Assembly (NCBI GenBank): GCA_025059535.1
Contig: JANXCX010000019.1
Span: 68,363-132,362, forward strand
DNA from: Bacteroidia bacterium
Lineage (GTDB): Bacteria > Bacteroidota > Bacteroidia > SpSt-205
Direction of reading: 5' to 3'
DNA length: 64,000 nt
A model generated the notes under the pieces. It saw only the letters and a program-made list of their open reading frames with translations. It was not told the origin of the DNA and made no database searches. Every line of letters starts with the position of its first letter. The first letter of the stretch is position 1. Below are positions 28,765 through 38,334 of the stretch, in pieces. A program made the translations under genes and the position numbers.

Positions 28765-28971
28765 ATGAGAAAGATAGCGTTCCTGATAGGCGCCCTCTGG
28801 GGCGGCTGGGTGCTGGCAGAAACCGAAGCACCGCTAGTAGTAAAGTATGAAAACATGGAAAGGATTGAAAGCGTCTCTTTGTATCCGGGAGGCGCACGCA
28901 ACCGGAAGCGGTTAGTCCGAAAGTTCGCCAAACAACGCGAACGATGCTGGGGCGGGGTCTGTAGCCGATAA
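28765..28971 (+). CDS. Small secreted peptide (candidate). Signal peptide plus a basic mature region ending in CWGGVC.
   Basis: 68 aa. MRKIAFLIGALWGGWVLA signal-like N-terminus. K/R-rich ~50-aa remainder. Two Cys four residues apart at the C-terminus. Followed at 25 nt by a strong intrinsic terminator. Lies in the 350-nt gap between two minus-strand operons. Confidence 0.4.
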   Translation: MRKIAFLIGALWGGWVLAETEAPLVVKYENMERIESVSLYPGGARNRKRLVRKFAKQRERCWGGVCSR

Positions 28972-28995
28972 GGCGCCATCTCCAGGTCTTTCAGT

Positions 28996-29028
28996 GGCGG
29001 GAGGCTATCCTCCCGCCTCTAATTTTTT
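28996..29028 (+). terminator. Rho-independent terminator (9-bp GC stem, 4-nt loop, T-run)
   Basis: ggcgggagg-ctat-cctcccgcc followed by tctaatttttt. Confidence 0.65.
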
Positions 29029-29042
29029 AGCTTTTTGGGGCT

Positions 29043-29894
29043 TTACTTTTTCAACGCTTCGGCGCCTGCCACGATCTCCAGCAATTCTTTCGTGATAGAG
29101 GCCTGGCGAGCCTTATTATACTGGAGCCGCAGGGTACGCAAAAGCTCTTCAGCATTATCTGTGGCCATTTGCATGGCTACCATACGTGCACTATGTTCAG
29201 CCGTAAGAGACTCTTGGACTGCATGGCTAAGAGCTATAGTAACATAGCGCGGCACAAATGCCGTGATAAGCTCAGATAAGCTCGGCTCATAGAGCCAAGG
29301 GCGAAAGTCTACCGCATTTTTTGGAGGCGAAAGGGGGAGAATGGCCTCACGCGTAGGAAGCGCTTTTCCTACTCCACCGAAGCGATTATAGAGCAGCACC
29401 ACTTGGCTATAAGTTCCTTGACTGAATCCTTGCCATAGCCGCTGCGCCTGAGCATAAATAGCCTCTACTGACACATCCTTGCCTCCGAAAAGATCCACTA
29501 GCTCCACCGAATAAGGACTTTTTCGGAAGCCCTCATAAGCCTTCTTACCCAGACACACTAGATGTACCTGGTCAGGTGAGGGAAGCTGGGACTGAATCCA
29601 ACGCAGCAAGCTGCTGTTGAAAGCCCCACAAAGGCCTCGGCTGGAGGAGAGAACCACATAGAGGGCAGGGGCATCAGGATTAGCCAGCTGATAGGGGTGG
29701 GGTTCCTCCAAAGCCGATAAAAGGGTATGCATAAGTCGCTCGGCGCTCTGGCGATAAGGCCGAAGTTGGTAGAGGCGTTCTTGGGCTTTACGCAGCTTGA
29801 CAGCGGCTATCATACGCATAGCCCGCGTGGTCTGCTGAATCGCTATAACGCTGCGAATTCGCCCACGCAGCTCGCGTAGCTTGCCTGAACTCAT
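29043..29894 (-). CDS. atpG: F0F1 ATP synthase subunit gamma
   Basis: 283 aa. Typical gamma-subunit N- and C-terminal helices ([16 protein letters not shown]...). A 4-nt overlap with atpA. Confidence 0.9.
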   Translation of the reverse strand: MSSGKLRELRGRIRSVIAIQQTTRAMRMIAAVKLRKAQERLYQLRPYRQSAERLMHTLLSALEEPHPYQLANPDAPALYVVLSSSRGLCGAFNSSLLRWIQSQLPSPDQVHLVCLGKKAYEGFRKSPYSVELVDLFGGKDVSVEAIYAQAQRLWQGFSQGTYSQVVLLYNRFGGVGKALPTREAILPLSPPKNAVDFRPWLYEPSLSELITAFVPRYVTIALSHAVQESLTAEHSARMVAMQMATDNAEELLRTLRLQYNKARQASITKELLEIVAGAEALKK

Positions 29895-31486
29895 ACTTTA
29901 ATGCCCATGCCAGCCAGGACTTCCTTTGCTGCCCCTTCCAGCTGATTTTCCATCGCCTCATCTAAGTAGCCCTGGCGAATCTTATCCAGCAAAGGGCGAT
30001 AGGCCGCTTCCAAAAGGCGGATATATTGAGCCTCAAACTCGCGCACTTTTTCCACGGGCACCTTATCCAGTAGGCCGCGCGTGCCAGCGAAAATCACCGC
30101 TACCTGATGTTCCACCTTTACGGTTTGATATTGCGGCTGCTTGAGAAGCTCTACAAGGCGCCGGCCCCGCTCTATCTGACGCAGTGTGGCAGGGTCTAGA
30201 TCCGAACCGAACTTCGCAAAAGCCTCCAGCTCACGATATTGCGCTAGTTCCAGCTTGAGGCGTCCAGCCACGCGCTTCATAGGCTTTATCTGTGCGGCGC
30301 CACCTACGCGTGAGACAGAGATGCCCACATTGATAGCTGGACGGACCCCTGCGTTGAAAAGCCCGGGCTCTAAGTAAATCTGACCATCGGTAATAGAAAT
30401 CACATTGGTAGGGATATAGGCCGCTACGTCGCCCGCCTGCGTCTCAATAATCGGGAGCGCCGTAAGGGAACCGCCGCCTTTCACAATAGGCCGGAAACTC
30501 TCCGGCAGGTTATTCATCTTACGAGCCACTTCATCCGAGTCAATAATTTTAGCCGCACGCTCCAAAAGGCGCGAGTGGAGATAGAAAATATCCCCTGGAT
30601 AGGCTTCACGCCCTGGGGGACGACGCAAAAGCAAAGAGACTTCCCGATAGGCGGCAGCCTGTTTGGAAAGATCATCATAAATCACGAGGGCATGTCGGCC
30701 GCTGTCCCGAAAATATTCCCCAATAGCCGCGCCGGCATAGGGGGCGAGATAAACCAGCGGCGCTGGATCCGAAGCTGAAGCCGCTACCACAATCGTATAG
30801 GGCATGGCCCCATACCGCTCCAGCGTAGCCACAGTCTGAGCGATCGTGGAAGCTTTCTGCCCACAGGCTACATAAATGCAATACACCGGCTCACCCCGCT
30901 CGTAATTTTCTCGCTGATTTATGATAGTATCTAGAGCTATGGCGGTTTTACCCGTAGAGCGATCGCCGATTATGAGCTCCCGCTGACCCCGGCCAATCGG
31001 AATCATAGCATCTATGGCCTTTATGCCGGTTTGGAGGGGCTGGTGGACTGGCCGCCGAAAGATCACCCCTGGCGCTTTCCGCTCGTAGGGCGATTCAAAG
31101 TAGGGCCCTTCTATAGGTCCTTTTCCATCTAAAGGCTCCCCTAAAGGATTAATTACCCGCCCTAGCATCTTCTCGCTTACCAAAATAGAGGCGGTTCGGT
31201 GGAGGCGCTTCACCCGATCGCCTTCATGCACCGTCGTAGAAGCCCCCATAATAACTGCCCCTACATTATCCTCTTCTAGGTTGAGTACGATCCCTTTCGT
31301 GCCACTGGCAAATTCTATCATTTCGCCCGCTTCCACTTCGGTAAGGCCGTAAATGCGCGCAATTCCATCCCCCACTTGGAGGACGATGCCCACCTCTTCC
31401 AGCTCCTTGGCCGAGAGCTCTCCGGCAAGCTGCTGCTCCAGGAGAGCTGTAACTTCATCTGGCCGAAGCTCCGTTATGGCTTTCAT
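29891..31486 (-). CDS. atpA: F0F1 ATP synthase subunit alpha
   Basis: 531 aa. [12 protein letters not shown]-loop and alpha-subunit length. Confidence 0.95.
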   Translation of the reverse strand: MKAITELRPDEVTALLEQQLAGELSAKELEEVGIVLQVGDGIARIYGLTEVEAGEMIEFASGTKGIVLNLEEDNVGAVIMGASTTVHEGDRVKRLHRTASILVSEKMLGRVINPLGEPLDGKGPIEGPYFESPYERKAPGVIFRRPVHQPLQTGIKAIDAMIPIGRGQRELIIGDRSTGKTAIALDTIINQRENYERGEPVYCIYVACGQKASTIAQTVATLERYGAMPYTIVVAASASDPAPLVYLAPYAGAAIGEYFRDSGRHALVIYDDLSKQAAAYREVSLLLRRPPGREAYPGDIFYLHSRLLERAAKIIDSDEVARKMNNLPESFRPIVKGGGSLTALPIIETQAGDVAAYIPTNVISITDGQIYLEPGLFNAGVRPAINVGISVSRVGGAAQIKPMKRVAGRLKLELAQYRELEAFAKFGSDLDPATLRQIERGRRLVELLKQPQYQTVKVEHQVAVIFAGTRGLLDKVPVEKVREFEAQYIRLLEAAYRPLLDKIRQGYLDEAMENQLEGAAKEVLAGMGIKV

Positions 31487-31491
31487 ATGCG

Positions 31492-32034
31492 TTAGGCTTG
31501 AAGGAGTTTCTTACGAATGGCTTGGAGTTGGCCCCGCACACTTAGGTCAGCGGCTTTAGAGCCCAGCTCCACAATAAACCCACCAATCAGCGCTGGCTCA
31601 AGGATTTCATTCAGAAGCACTTCTTCGGCGTTGTAGGCCTGCTGCAATTTGCGCACTAGCGCTAGTCGAGTGGCTTCGTCCAGGGGCTGGGCCGACCGTA
31701 GCACCACTCGCAGACGCTTTTTATAGCCATCGTAGAGCTCCCTAAACTCCTCCCAGGTATCGGCTAAAAGGGCCTCTCGGCCGCGCCGAGTAACAAGCTC
31801 TATGAAAGTCCAGAGAAGAGGGGACAGATGCGGCTGAAGGGCACGACGCAACCACCCCAGCTTTTGCTGGGCCCTATAAGTGGGATTCGTCAGAAGGCTG
31901 CGTAGAAGAGGGGTCTGCGGCTGGAGTTTCCGAAGGGCCTCTACTTCCTGCGCCAGAGCGTCTAACTCGCCCCGCCGCAGGGCTAAATCAAAGAGTGCTT
32001 GCGCATACCGCCGAGCAATAACCCTTGGACTCAT
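31492..32034 (-). CDS. atpH: F0F1 ATP synthase subunit delta (OSCP)
   Basis: 180 aa. [14 protein letters not shown]-terminus typical of the delta subunit. Confidence 0.85.
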   Translation of the reverse strand: MSPRVIARRYAQALFDLALRRGELDALAQEVEALRKLQPQTPLLRSLLTNPTYRAQQKLGWLRRALQPHLSPLLWTFIELVTRRGREALLADTWEEFRELYDGYKKRLRVVLRSAQPLDEATRLALVRKLQQAYNAEEVLLNEILEPALIGGFIVELGSKAADLSVRGQLQAIRKKLLQA

Positions 32035-32035
32035 A

Positions 32036-32530
32036 CTAATTCAGGCGAATTTCAGCCACTAACTTTTCGGCATAAGCCCGAGCCTTTTCGGGTTCTTTGA
32101 AGTGATCCTCTAGAATTTTTTGGGCTATTTCTAAGGAAAGGCGCACAGCATAGATGCGCATTTCTTGGAGGAGCCGCTCGCGCTGCTGCTGAATCTGCTG
32201 CTGGGCTGTAGCCAAAATACGCTCTGCTTGCCGTTGGGCCTCTTCGCGTGCCTGCTCCACTATATCTTCTCGCAGTTTCTGGGCTTGGGCTAAAATCCGC
32301 TCGCGCTCTTGAGCGGCTTCCATTTGGAGGCGCTCCTGCTGCTGCTTCATAAGCTCCACCTCCGTCCGAGCTCGCTCAGCAGCCGTCAGGGCCTCCGCTA
32401 TGCGCTTCTCTCGCGCATCCAAGGCCGCCAAAATAGGACGCCACGCATACCGCGTGAGAAGCCAAAGAAAAATAAAGAATATGACCGCACTCCAAAAAAA
32501 TAGCCCAAAACGCGGCAAAACGAGTTCCAT
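32036..32530 (-). CDS. atpF: F0F1 ATP synthase subunit b
   Basis: 164 aa. Single N-terminal transmembrane helix then a long charged coiled-coil (ERAR...QQQRERL). Confidence 0.85.
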   Translation of the reverse strand: MELVLPRFGLFFWSAVIFFIFLWLLTRYAWRPILAALDAREKRIAEALTAAERARTEVELMKQQQERLQMEAAQERERILAQAQKLREDIVEQAREEAQRQAERILATAQQQIQQQRERLLQEMRIYAVRLSLEIAQKILEDHFKEPEKARAYAEKLVAEIRLN

Positions 32531-32590
32531 AGGTCAGCGCAAACTTACGCAAAAAAGGCTAAGGCCTCTCCTTACCAAACCTCCCTATCT

Positions 32591-32980
32591 TTGCCCACCA
32601 TGAATGCCCGAGGATGGGCCGCTATAGCCCTGCTTGGCCTTTCCAATTTATTCATGACGCTGGCATGGTATGGCCATCTACGCTACCGCCCCGAGACCAA
32701 GCTCTCTCTCAGGAGCTGGCTCACGGTGGTACTGAGCAGCTGGGGCATAGCCCTATTTGAATATCTCCTCCAAGTGCCAGCCAATCGCCTGGGCTTTCGT
32801 GGCACAGGCGGCCCCTTCTCCCTACCTACCCTGAAAGTCATTCAAGAAGCCATCTCCATCTTTGTATTTGTTCTAGTGGTTCGCGTACTTTTTCAAAATG
32901 AGCCGCTAGGGTGGCGCCAATGGCTAGCGTTTGGACTTGTCCTTCTGGCCGTGGGGCTTACTTGGTCTGATCCAAACTAA
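32591..32980 (+). CDS. Small DMT-superfamily membrane protein (DUF486-like)
   Basis: 129 aa, four predicted transmembrane helices. Family assignment is from memory. Confidence 0.45.
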   Translation: MPTMNARGWAAIALLGLSNLFMTLAWYGHLRYRPETKLSLRSWLTVVLSSWGIALFEYLLQVPANRLGFRGTGGPFSLPTLKVIQEAISIFVFVLVVRVLFQNEPLGWRQWLAFGLVLLAVGLTWSDPN

Positions 32981-33001
32981 GTCAAGCCCTAAGCGCGACG
33001 T

Positions 33002-33709
33002 ATGAGCTCCCTAGCAGAACTCTTTATTGGTCTTTTCACCCTAACCCTAATGGAAATAGCCTTGGGGATAGACAATCTTATTGTAGTGGGTCTTATTCTT
33101 TCGGCTGCCCCAGCGGCGCACCAGCGTTGGCTATGGCGCTTCTGGATGTTATATGCGCCTCTTATACGACTTTTCCTTCTTACGGCCCTGGTAGGCCTTT
33201 TAGCCCAAAGCCGGCCACTCTTTTCGGTGCTGGGTTACCCTTTCAGCCTGCGCCACTTACTCCTACTGGGCGGAGGCCTCTTTCTCCTTTACAAAGGCGT
33301 GCGAGAAATCCACAGCAAATTAGAAGGTAGCCGCACCGACACCCCCAAAAAATCCTTGAGTAGCCTTTTCGCCGCTATCGTCCAAATAGCCATAGTGGAG
33401 ATAATTTTTTCGGCCGACTCTATTCTGACGGCCATAGGTATGACCCAAAATCTTGTAATAATGTGGCTTTCTATCTTGCTTTCTTTGGGTATTACCCTTT
33501 GGGCGGCGCGCTGGATTCAGCGCCTTTTAGCCAATCACCCTACTCTAAAGATACTTGCGCTGGCCTTTCTTCTACTTATAGGGGTACTGCTGGTAGGGGA
33601 GGGCACTGGCCTCCATGTGCCTAAGGGGTATCTCTACTTTGCTATTCTTTTTTCGCTGGGCGTGGAATGGCTAAATATACGGGCTGGGCTTCGGCATCAG
33701 GAGCGCTGA
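33002..33709 (+). CDS. TerC-family integral membrane protein
   Basis: 235 aa. LMEIALGIDNLIVVGLIL and later IVEIIFSADSILTAIGMT (duplicated GIDN/SxDS TerC motifs). Confidence 0.8.
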   Translation: MSSLAELFIGLFTLTLMEIALGIDNLIVVGLILSAAPAAHQRWLWRFWMLYAPLIRLFLLTALVGLLAQSRPLFSVLGYPFSLRHLLLLGGGLFLLYKGVREIHSKLEGSRTDTPKKSLSSLFAAIVQIAIVEIIFSADSILTAIGMTQNLVIMWLSILLSLGITLWAARWIQRLLANHPTLKILALAFLLLIGVLLVGEGTGLHVPKGYLYFAILFSLGVEWLNIRAGLRHQER

Positions 33710-34515
33710 TTTTGCGCTTGCTCCAGCGCGGCGCGTAGACTACCGGTTCGGCGCAGGAGGTCTTCCGCTTCGGCACGTGGGAGGCCTGTGGCTTCTTCTA
33801 AATAGCGCAGCGCCCGTAGCCATAGTTTGCGATTCACAAGCTGGAGGTCTATCATGCGCCCTTGCCGTACGCGCCCTAGCTGCGTAAAGGCCACCGTGCT
33901 GATCATATTCAGCACGAGCTTTGTAGCGGTGCCGGCTTTGAGGCGCGTGCTGCCCGCCAGCACCTCAGGCCCTGTGAGTACGACGATAGGATACTGGACC
34001 AGCTTCTCCAAGGGCGTGTCGGGATTAGCGGTAATGGCCGCCGTAAGGAGGCCCTGACTCCGCGCCCAGGTCACCGCCGCTAATACGTAAGGCGTGCGGC
34101 CGCTGGCACTGATACCTACTACGGTATCTTGGAGAGTTGGAGAAAGGGCGCTGAGGTCTCTTTGAGCGGCTTCGGTATTGTCTTCCGCTGCTTCTACAGG
34201 GCCTCGGAGAGCGGCTTCCCCGCCGGCAATAAGCCCTACTACCTGACCCGGGGCGGCCCCAAACGTAGGCAGGCACTCGGCGGCATCCAGCACCCCTAAG
34301 CGCCCACTTGTACCTGCGCCCACATAGATAAGGCGCCCGCCAGCCCGCAGGCGCGGCACAAGCGCCCGAATAAAAGCGGCCACCTGCGGAATAGCCGCCT
34401 CCACCGCCGCCACCGCCTTCTTATCCTCGGCGTTCATTACCCGCAGAAGCGCTTCTACCTCCCACTCCTCTATCGGCCCATAGCCCGAATCCTCCTCCGT
34501 AATCCAACGGCTCAT
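33697..34515 (-). CDS. murQ: N-acetylmuramic acid 6-phosphate etherase
   Basis: 272 aa. SIS domain with GGRLIYVGAGTSGRLGVLDAAECLPTFG, near-identical to the MurQ consensus. Confidence 0.85.
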   Translation of the reverse strand: MSRWITEEDSGYGPIEEWEVEALLRVMNAEDKKAVAAVEAAIPQVAAFIRALVPRLRAGGRLIYVGAGTSGRLGVLDAAECLPTFGAAPGQVVGLIAGGEAALRGPVEAAEDNTEAAQRDLSALSPTLQDTVVGISASGRTPYVLAAVTWARSQGLLTAAITANPDTPLEKLVQYPIVVLTGPEVLAGSTRLKAGTATKLVLNMISTVAFTQLGRVRQGRMIDLQLVNRKLWLRALRYLEEATGLPRAEAEDLLRRTGSLRAALEQAQNQRS

Positions 34516-36374
34516 ACGCTTACGGTCTCATAGGCCCGCCGCTGTAGCTTCCCCTCATAAAACTGCATAAAAGCCAAATTGACCTGACGGTAGCCGCCTG
34601 GCGTAGGGTAGTCGCCCGTAAAGTACCAATCCCCCCGATGATTCGGAAGCGCCTTGGAAAGGTTTTGGATAGGCTGAAAGACCAAAATTAACGGAATATC
34701 CATCTCGGGCGGCTTTACAAGCTCGGCTATTTTAGCGGCTATTTGGGCTTCGGTAAAAGGCGCATAAATCGCCTTGACAAAGTTATTCTGAACAAAGGCT
34801 TCTGTCCCGTAGGCACGCTGGCACAGTGCATAGGTATGATGAAGGATTTCGGTAAGGTGGTGCTCTTCTAACAGGCGCACCGCCGCGCGAAAGGCTATTA
34901 GGTCGCCCAAAGCCGCCATATCTATCCCATAGAAGTCAGGATAGCGCAGCTGAGGTGCCGTAGAGGCGATAATAAGGCGCGCTGGCCGAAGACGCAGAAG
35001 CGTGCGCAATAGGGTTTCGCGCAGCGTAGTACCCCGCACGATAGAATCATCCAGGCATACCAGCGTATCTTGGCCCGGCTCCAATACATCATAAATCACA
35101 TCATATACATGGCGAGCCATGCTGGTGCGCAAGGCTGGGGCCGAAATAAAGGTACGACTCTCGGTATCCTTCCAAATAAGATACTCCGCCCGAATGCGTT
35201 GAGGCAAAAGGCGCCGCCACTCCTCCTCCGAAAGAGAGCCGGAGCGAAGCTGACGCAGCTGCTCTGAGGCAAGGATATTTTCCAATTCCTTTATAAGGCC
35301 CCAGAAGGCCGATTGGGCGGTATTTGGAATGTAGGTAAAGACGACGCGGTCAAACTTGTAGTCCAGCAAACGGGCGATTTCGTGGGCTAAGAGGGCGCCC
35401 AGGGTTTTACGCTCGGTGTATATATGGGGCGAATTGCCCCGGGAGAAGTAGATGCGTTCAAAGCTACAGCGGCTGGGTTTGGGGGCGGCTTGGGCAAAAG
35501 GCTGTACCTGCCAAGTACCGTCGGGCGCCACCGTAAGGGCGTGTCCCGGCGGTAGCTCGCATACGGCGGAGGGTGAGACACCGAAAACATTGTGAAGGGC
35601 AGCGGCTTCGGAAGCCACAGCCAAGACCTCCGGCAGCGCTAAGTAATAAGCCGGCCGAATGCCCCACGGATCGCGCATTACAAAGCCCCACCCGTTACCT
35701 ATCCAGCCTGCTATCACATACCCACCATCCCAGCGACGAGCGCTTCGGGCTAGCCACTCATAAATAGGGAAGCGCGAAGCAATGTAGGTGCTGGCTTCCA
35801 CTTTAGAAAGGCCCTGACCCTTAGCCTCAAGGTAAAGCGCCTCCACTATCTCATCCAAAAAATGCCCTAGGCGTTCTAAGATCGTATAGGTGTCGCTGCG
35901 TGAGATGGGATGCTGGCCAATTTCTATCAGCCTTTGGAAAAGTTCATCTACATTTGTCAGGTTGAAGTTACCCGCTATAGCGAGGGCGCGGGCGCGCCAA
36001 CTCCCACGTCGTAGGACTGGGTGAGTCTCTTCCAGCGTATAGCCCCCAAACGTACCATAGCGCAGGTGCGCCAGATAAGCCTCGCCCAAAAAAGGAAAAT
36101 CTTGGAGGGGTTTTTGCGCCTTTTCCCAGGCTTCCCATTCGGCCCAAATCCCTTCAATTAGGAATTTCCAAGAGGGGTTTGGCGTTATGAGGCGTCTTCG
36201 GAAAAAGTAGGGACGGCCGGGCGGAACGGTCAGCTTGAGCGTCAAGAGGCCGGCTCCGTCTTGGCCGCGATTGCGCTGCTTTTGAAGGAGGAGAGAAACT
36301 TTCTGCAGACCCCACAAAGGCGTAGGATAGGTCTCTAACGGTTGCCGAAGACGCAGCCATACAACCCCACACAT
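34512..36374 (-). CDS. purF: Amidophosphoribosyltransferase (long Bacteroidota-type form)
   Basis: 620 aa. N-terminal MCG (Ntn Cys of class-II glutamine amidotransferase). Phosphoribosyltransferase motif VCLDDSIVRGTTL in the C-terminal half. Confidence 0.75.
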   Translation of the reverse strand: MCGVVWLRLRQPLETYPTPLWGLQKVSLLLQKQRNRGQDGAGLLTLKLTVPPGRPYFFRRRLITPNPSWKFLIEGIWAEWEAWEKAQKPLQDFPFLGEAYLAHLRYGTFGGYTLEETHPVLRRGSWRARALAIAGNFNLTNVDELFQRLIEIGQHPISRSDTYTILERLGHFLDEIVEALYLEAKGQGLSKVEASTYIASRFPIYEWLARSARRWDGGYVIAGWIGNGWGFVMRDPWGIRPAYYLALPEVLAVASEAAALHNVFGVSPSAVCELPPGHALTVAPDGTWQVQPFAQAAPKPSRCSFERIYFSRGNSPHIYTERKTLGALLAHEIARLLDYKFDRVVFTYIPNTAQSAFWGLIKELENILASEQLRQLRSGSLSEEEWRRLLPQRIRAEYLIWKDTESRTFISAPALRTSMARHVYDVIYDVLEPGQDTLVCLDDSIVRGTTLRETLLRTLLRLRPARLIIASTAPQLRYPDFYGIDMAALGDLIAFRAAVRLLEEHHLTEILHHTYALCQRAYGTEAFVQNNFVKAIYAPFTEAQIAAKIAELVKPPEMDIPLILVFQPIQNLSKALPNHRGDWYFTGDYPTPGGYRQVNLAFMQFYEGKLQRRAYETVSV

Positions 36375-36406
36375 GCGGCAAATTTAGGGGATTGGGGGGC
36401 GGCGCC

Positions 36407-37828
36407 TTAGTCTAAGGCAAGCCGCATCATTACAAAATGATTGCTTCGGCTGCGCGTAAAGGCTAAAAGCCCTTCAGTATTGGTAAGCTGCCTGGCTAAC
36501 TTTCTATAGAACACATCGGTTGATCGAAAACCCGACAAGAATGGACGCGGCGATGATACCTCTCCATTCTCATTCAGCACTACTACAAATACCTGCGAAC
36601 CTGTACCGCGCGCATAGCTGCGATAGAAAAAGTAAAGGTGGCGCGGCCCTACAAGTAAAGCATAGGAAAGCTCCGTATCGGAAGTACCCGCTTGAGACTT
36701 TGGGATAATGCGAAACCACTCTAAGTTACCAAGCGAATCCACCGCAAAAACTACAATATCCTCATAGTGATAGGTATCCTGTGTGTACCAGAACCCATAG
36801 AAGTCGCGAAAAGTAGTAGTGGTAATGTAAAACTGCTCACCAATAAGCAAGGCGCCTCCATTGCTTCGTGGAATCAGATGGTCTAAATACAGGTCGGGGA
36901 TACCCCGTCCGCGCGCGATTTGCCGTTCGGAGAGAAAGCGTTGGAGCACTTCTACGGGGAGGGGTACCTGCTGCACATTAGCCAGGAAGAAGCCTGAACC
37001 CTCCACGCGCGCAAATACAAGGCCTTGTACTTGACTACTATTACGGCGGAGAGAATAGAAGGCAGCTATACGCGCTCCCCCTCCTCGCTCCAGTCGAAAA
37101 GTAGGCTCTATAAGGTAAATCCCTTCCACCTCTAAAGCCACACTAAGGGTAAGGTTAGCGTAGGGGACATAGCGCAAAAGGTAGTAGTGCGGGTAAGGCT
37201 CATTGAGCGGGCGCACCGTCGCTAAGGCATACAAGTGGCCTTCATGACTGGGCTGAATGGAGCGACGCACGACGAGCTCTCGCTCTTTATAGGGGAAGCG
37301 CCATTCGCCGGCGTAGGCGGTGTCAGGGCCTATGAGAAAAAAGGCTATTCGGTCCGCGCTATCAGCTGGCAGACGCAGAGGCAGGCTTAGGCAGGCATAC
37401 CGCCGATTTGGGGCGTAAGCCAGCTCGGGGGTACCCGCCTGCCTTACGGCACTTACTACCAGAATCTCGCGCTGACGCAGATGGAATCTTCCACTTATGT
37501 CTAGCATATAGGCATATATATGCCGCTTTTGTGCCTGGGTCCGCTGAGTAAAAGCCCAGATTTGCGTATCTACTACCGCTAAGTGCAAAAATTCTTCACC
37601 TGTGCTTTGGTCAAAGAGTTCTTGGGTCCATTCATGGCGCAGTTCGGCGTCGTACTTATGGAGGGCAAAAAGGCGCACGGAAGTAGGGGACTTATAAGAG
37701 AGGGTGACGAGCCCGCCATCTGCAGCCACATATTCGGCGCGCAGAGGCGGTGGCTGCCGCCGGTCCAGCGTAAGCTCCGCTAATACCGTCTGCCCCCAGA
37801 GCAGGCTCAACCACACCCCGCCCCACAT
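36407..37828 (-). CDS. Secreted hypothetical protein
   Basis: 473 aa. Signal peptide MWGGVWLSLLWGQTVLA. No recognised domain. Last gene of the TonB-receptor operon. Confidence 0.45.
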   Translation of the reverse strand: MWGGVWLSLLWGQTVLAELTLDRRQPPPLRAEYVAADGGLVTLSYKSPTSVRLFALHKYDAELRHEWTQELFDQSTGEEFLHLAVVDTQIWAFTQRTQAQKRHIYAYMLDISGRFHLRQREILVVSAVRQAGTPELAYAPNRRYACLSLPLRLPADSADRIAFFLIGPDTAYAGEWRFPYKERELVVRRSIQPSHEGHLYALATVRPLNEPYPHYYLLRYVPYANLTLSVALEVEGIYLIEPTFRLERGGGARIAAFYSLRRNSSQVQGLVFARVEGSGFFLANVQQVPLPVEVLQRFLSERQIARGRGIPDLYLDHLIPRSNGGALLIGEQFYITTTTFRDFYGFWYTQDTYHYEDIVVFAVDSLGNLEWFRIIPKSQAGTSDTELSYALLVGPRHLYFFYRSYARGTGSQVFVVVLNENGEVSSPRPFLSGFRSTDVFYRKLARQLTNTEGLLAFTRSRSNHFVMMRLALD

Positions 37829-37841
37829 ACCCCAAATATGC

Positions 37842-38327
37842 TCATTTTTTTATCCAGGCATTATGCAGGTAGCGCTTTTCTGGGCTGAGCCAGAGGCGAA
37901 TCTCTAAACTATCACTTGTATGCCAGCGCAGCTTGCCCGGGGGACCTTGGGGGGAGGCATAAATATGGGTGTAATAAGTGCGCAGCTCTTGATACACCTT
38001 AGCCAAGGCCGCAAACTCGGTATGCTCCCAAGTGAGCGTAATACTACAAATAGTATCCTGCTGCGCGTAGTATTCGATCCACAGCACGCCACCGAGCGGT
38101 GGAAGGTACCGAAAGACCCTGCCTAAGCTATCTGCATAATGGGGGGGGGAGCCACTTTCAAGGGGGGTAGCGGTGAGCGATTTACCCAGCCATGCGCTGC
38201 GGAGCTGCCCATCAGGCGTCCTAAGCCACCATGCAGGCGCTGAGGGCGAGGCACAACCGCTGATAAGGAGTAGAGCATACAATACCCCGGCCTTTGGCTG
38301 GCGGAGCCCCTGCTCCGCCAGCCTCAT
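37842..38327 (-). CDS. Small lipoprotein, hypothetical. Contains a poly-C(9) tract.
   Basis: 161 aa. Lipobox LLISGC. The coding strand carries C9 (window 38141-38149, encoding SPPH) and C6 (38162-38167). Confidence 0.45.
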   Translation of the reverse strand: MRLAEQGLRQPKAGVLYALLLISGCASPSAPAWWLRTPDGQLRSAWLGKSLTATPLESGSPPHYADSLGRVFRYLPPLGGVLWIEYYAQQDTICSITLTWEHTEFAALAKVYQELRTYYTHIYASPQGPPGKLRWHTSDSLEIRLWLSPEKRYLHNAWIKK

Positions 38328-38334
38328 CCGCTTC

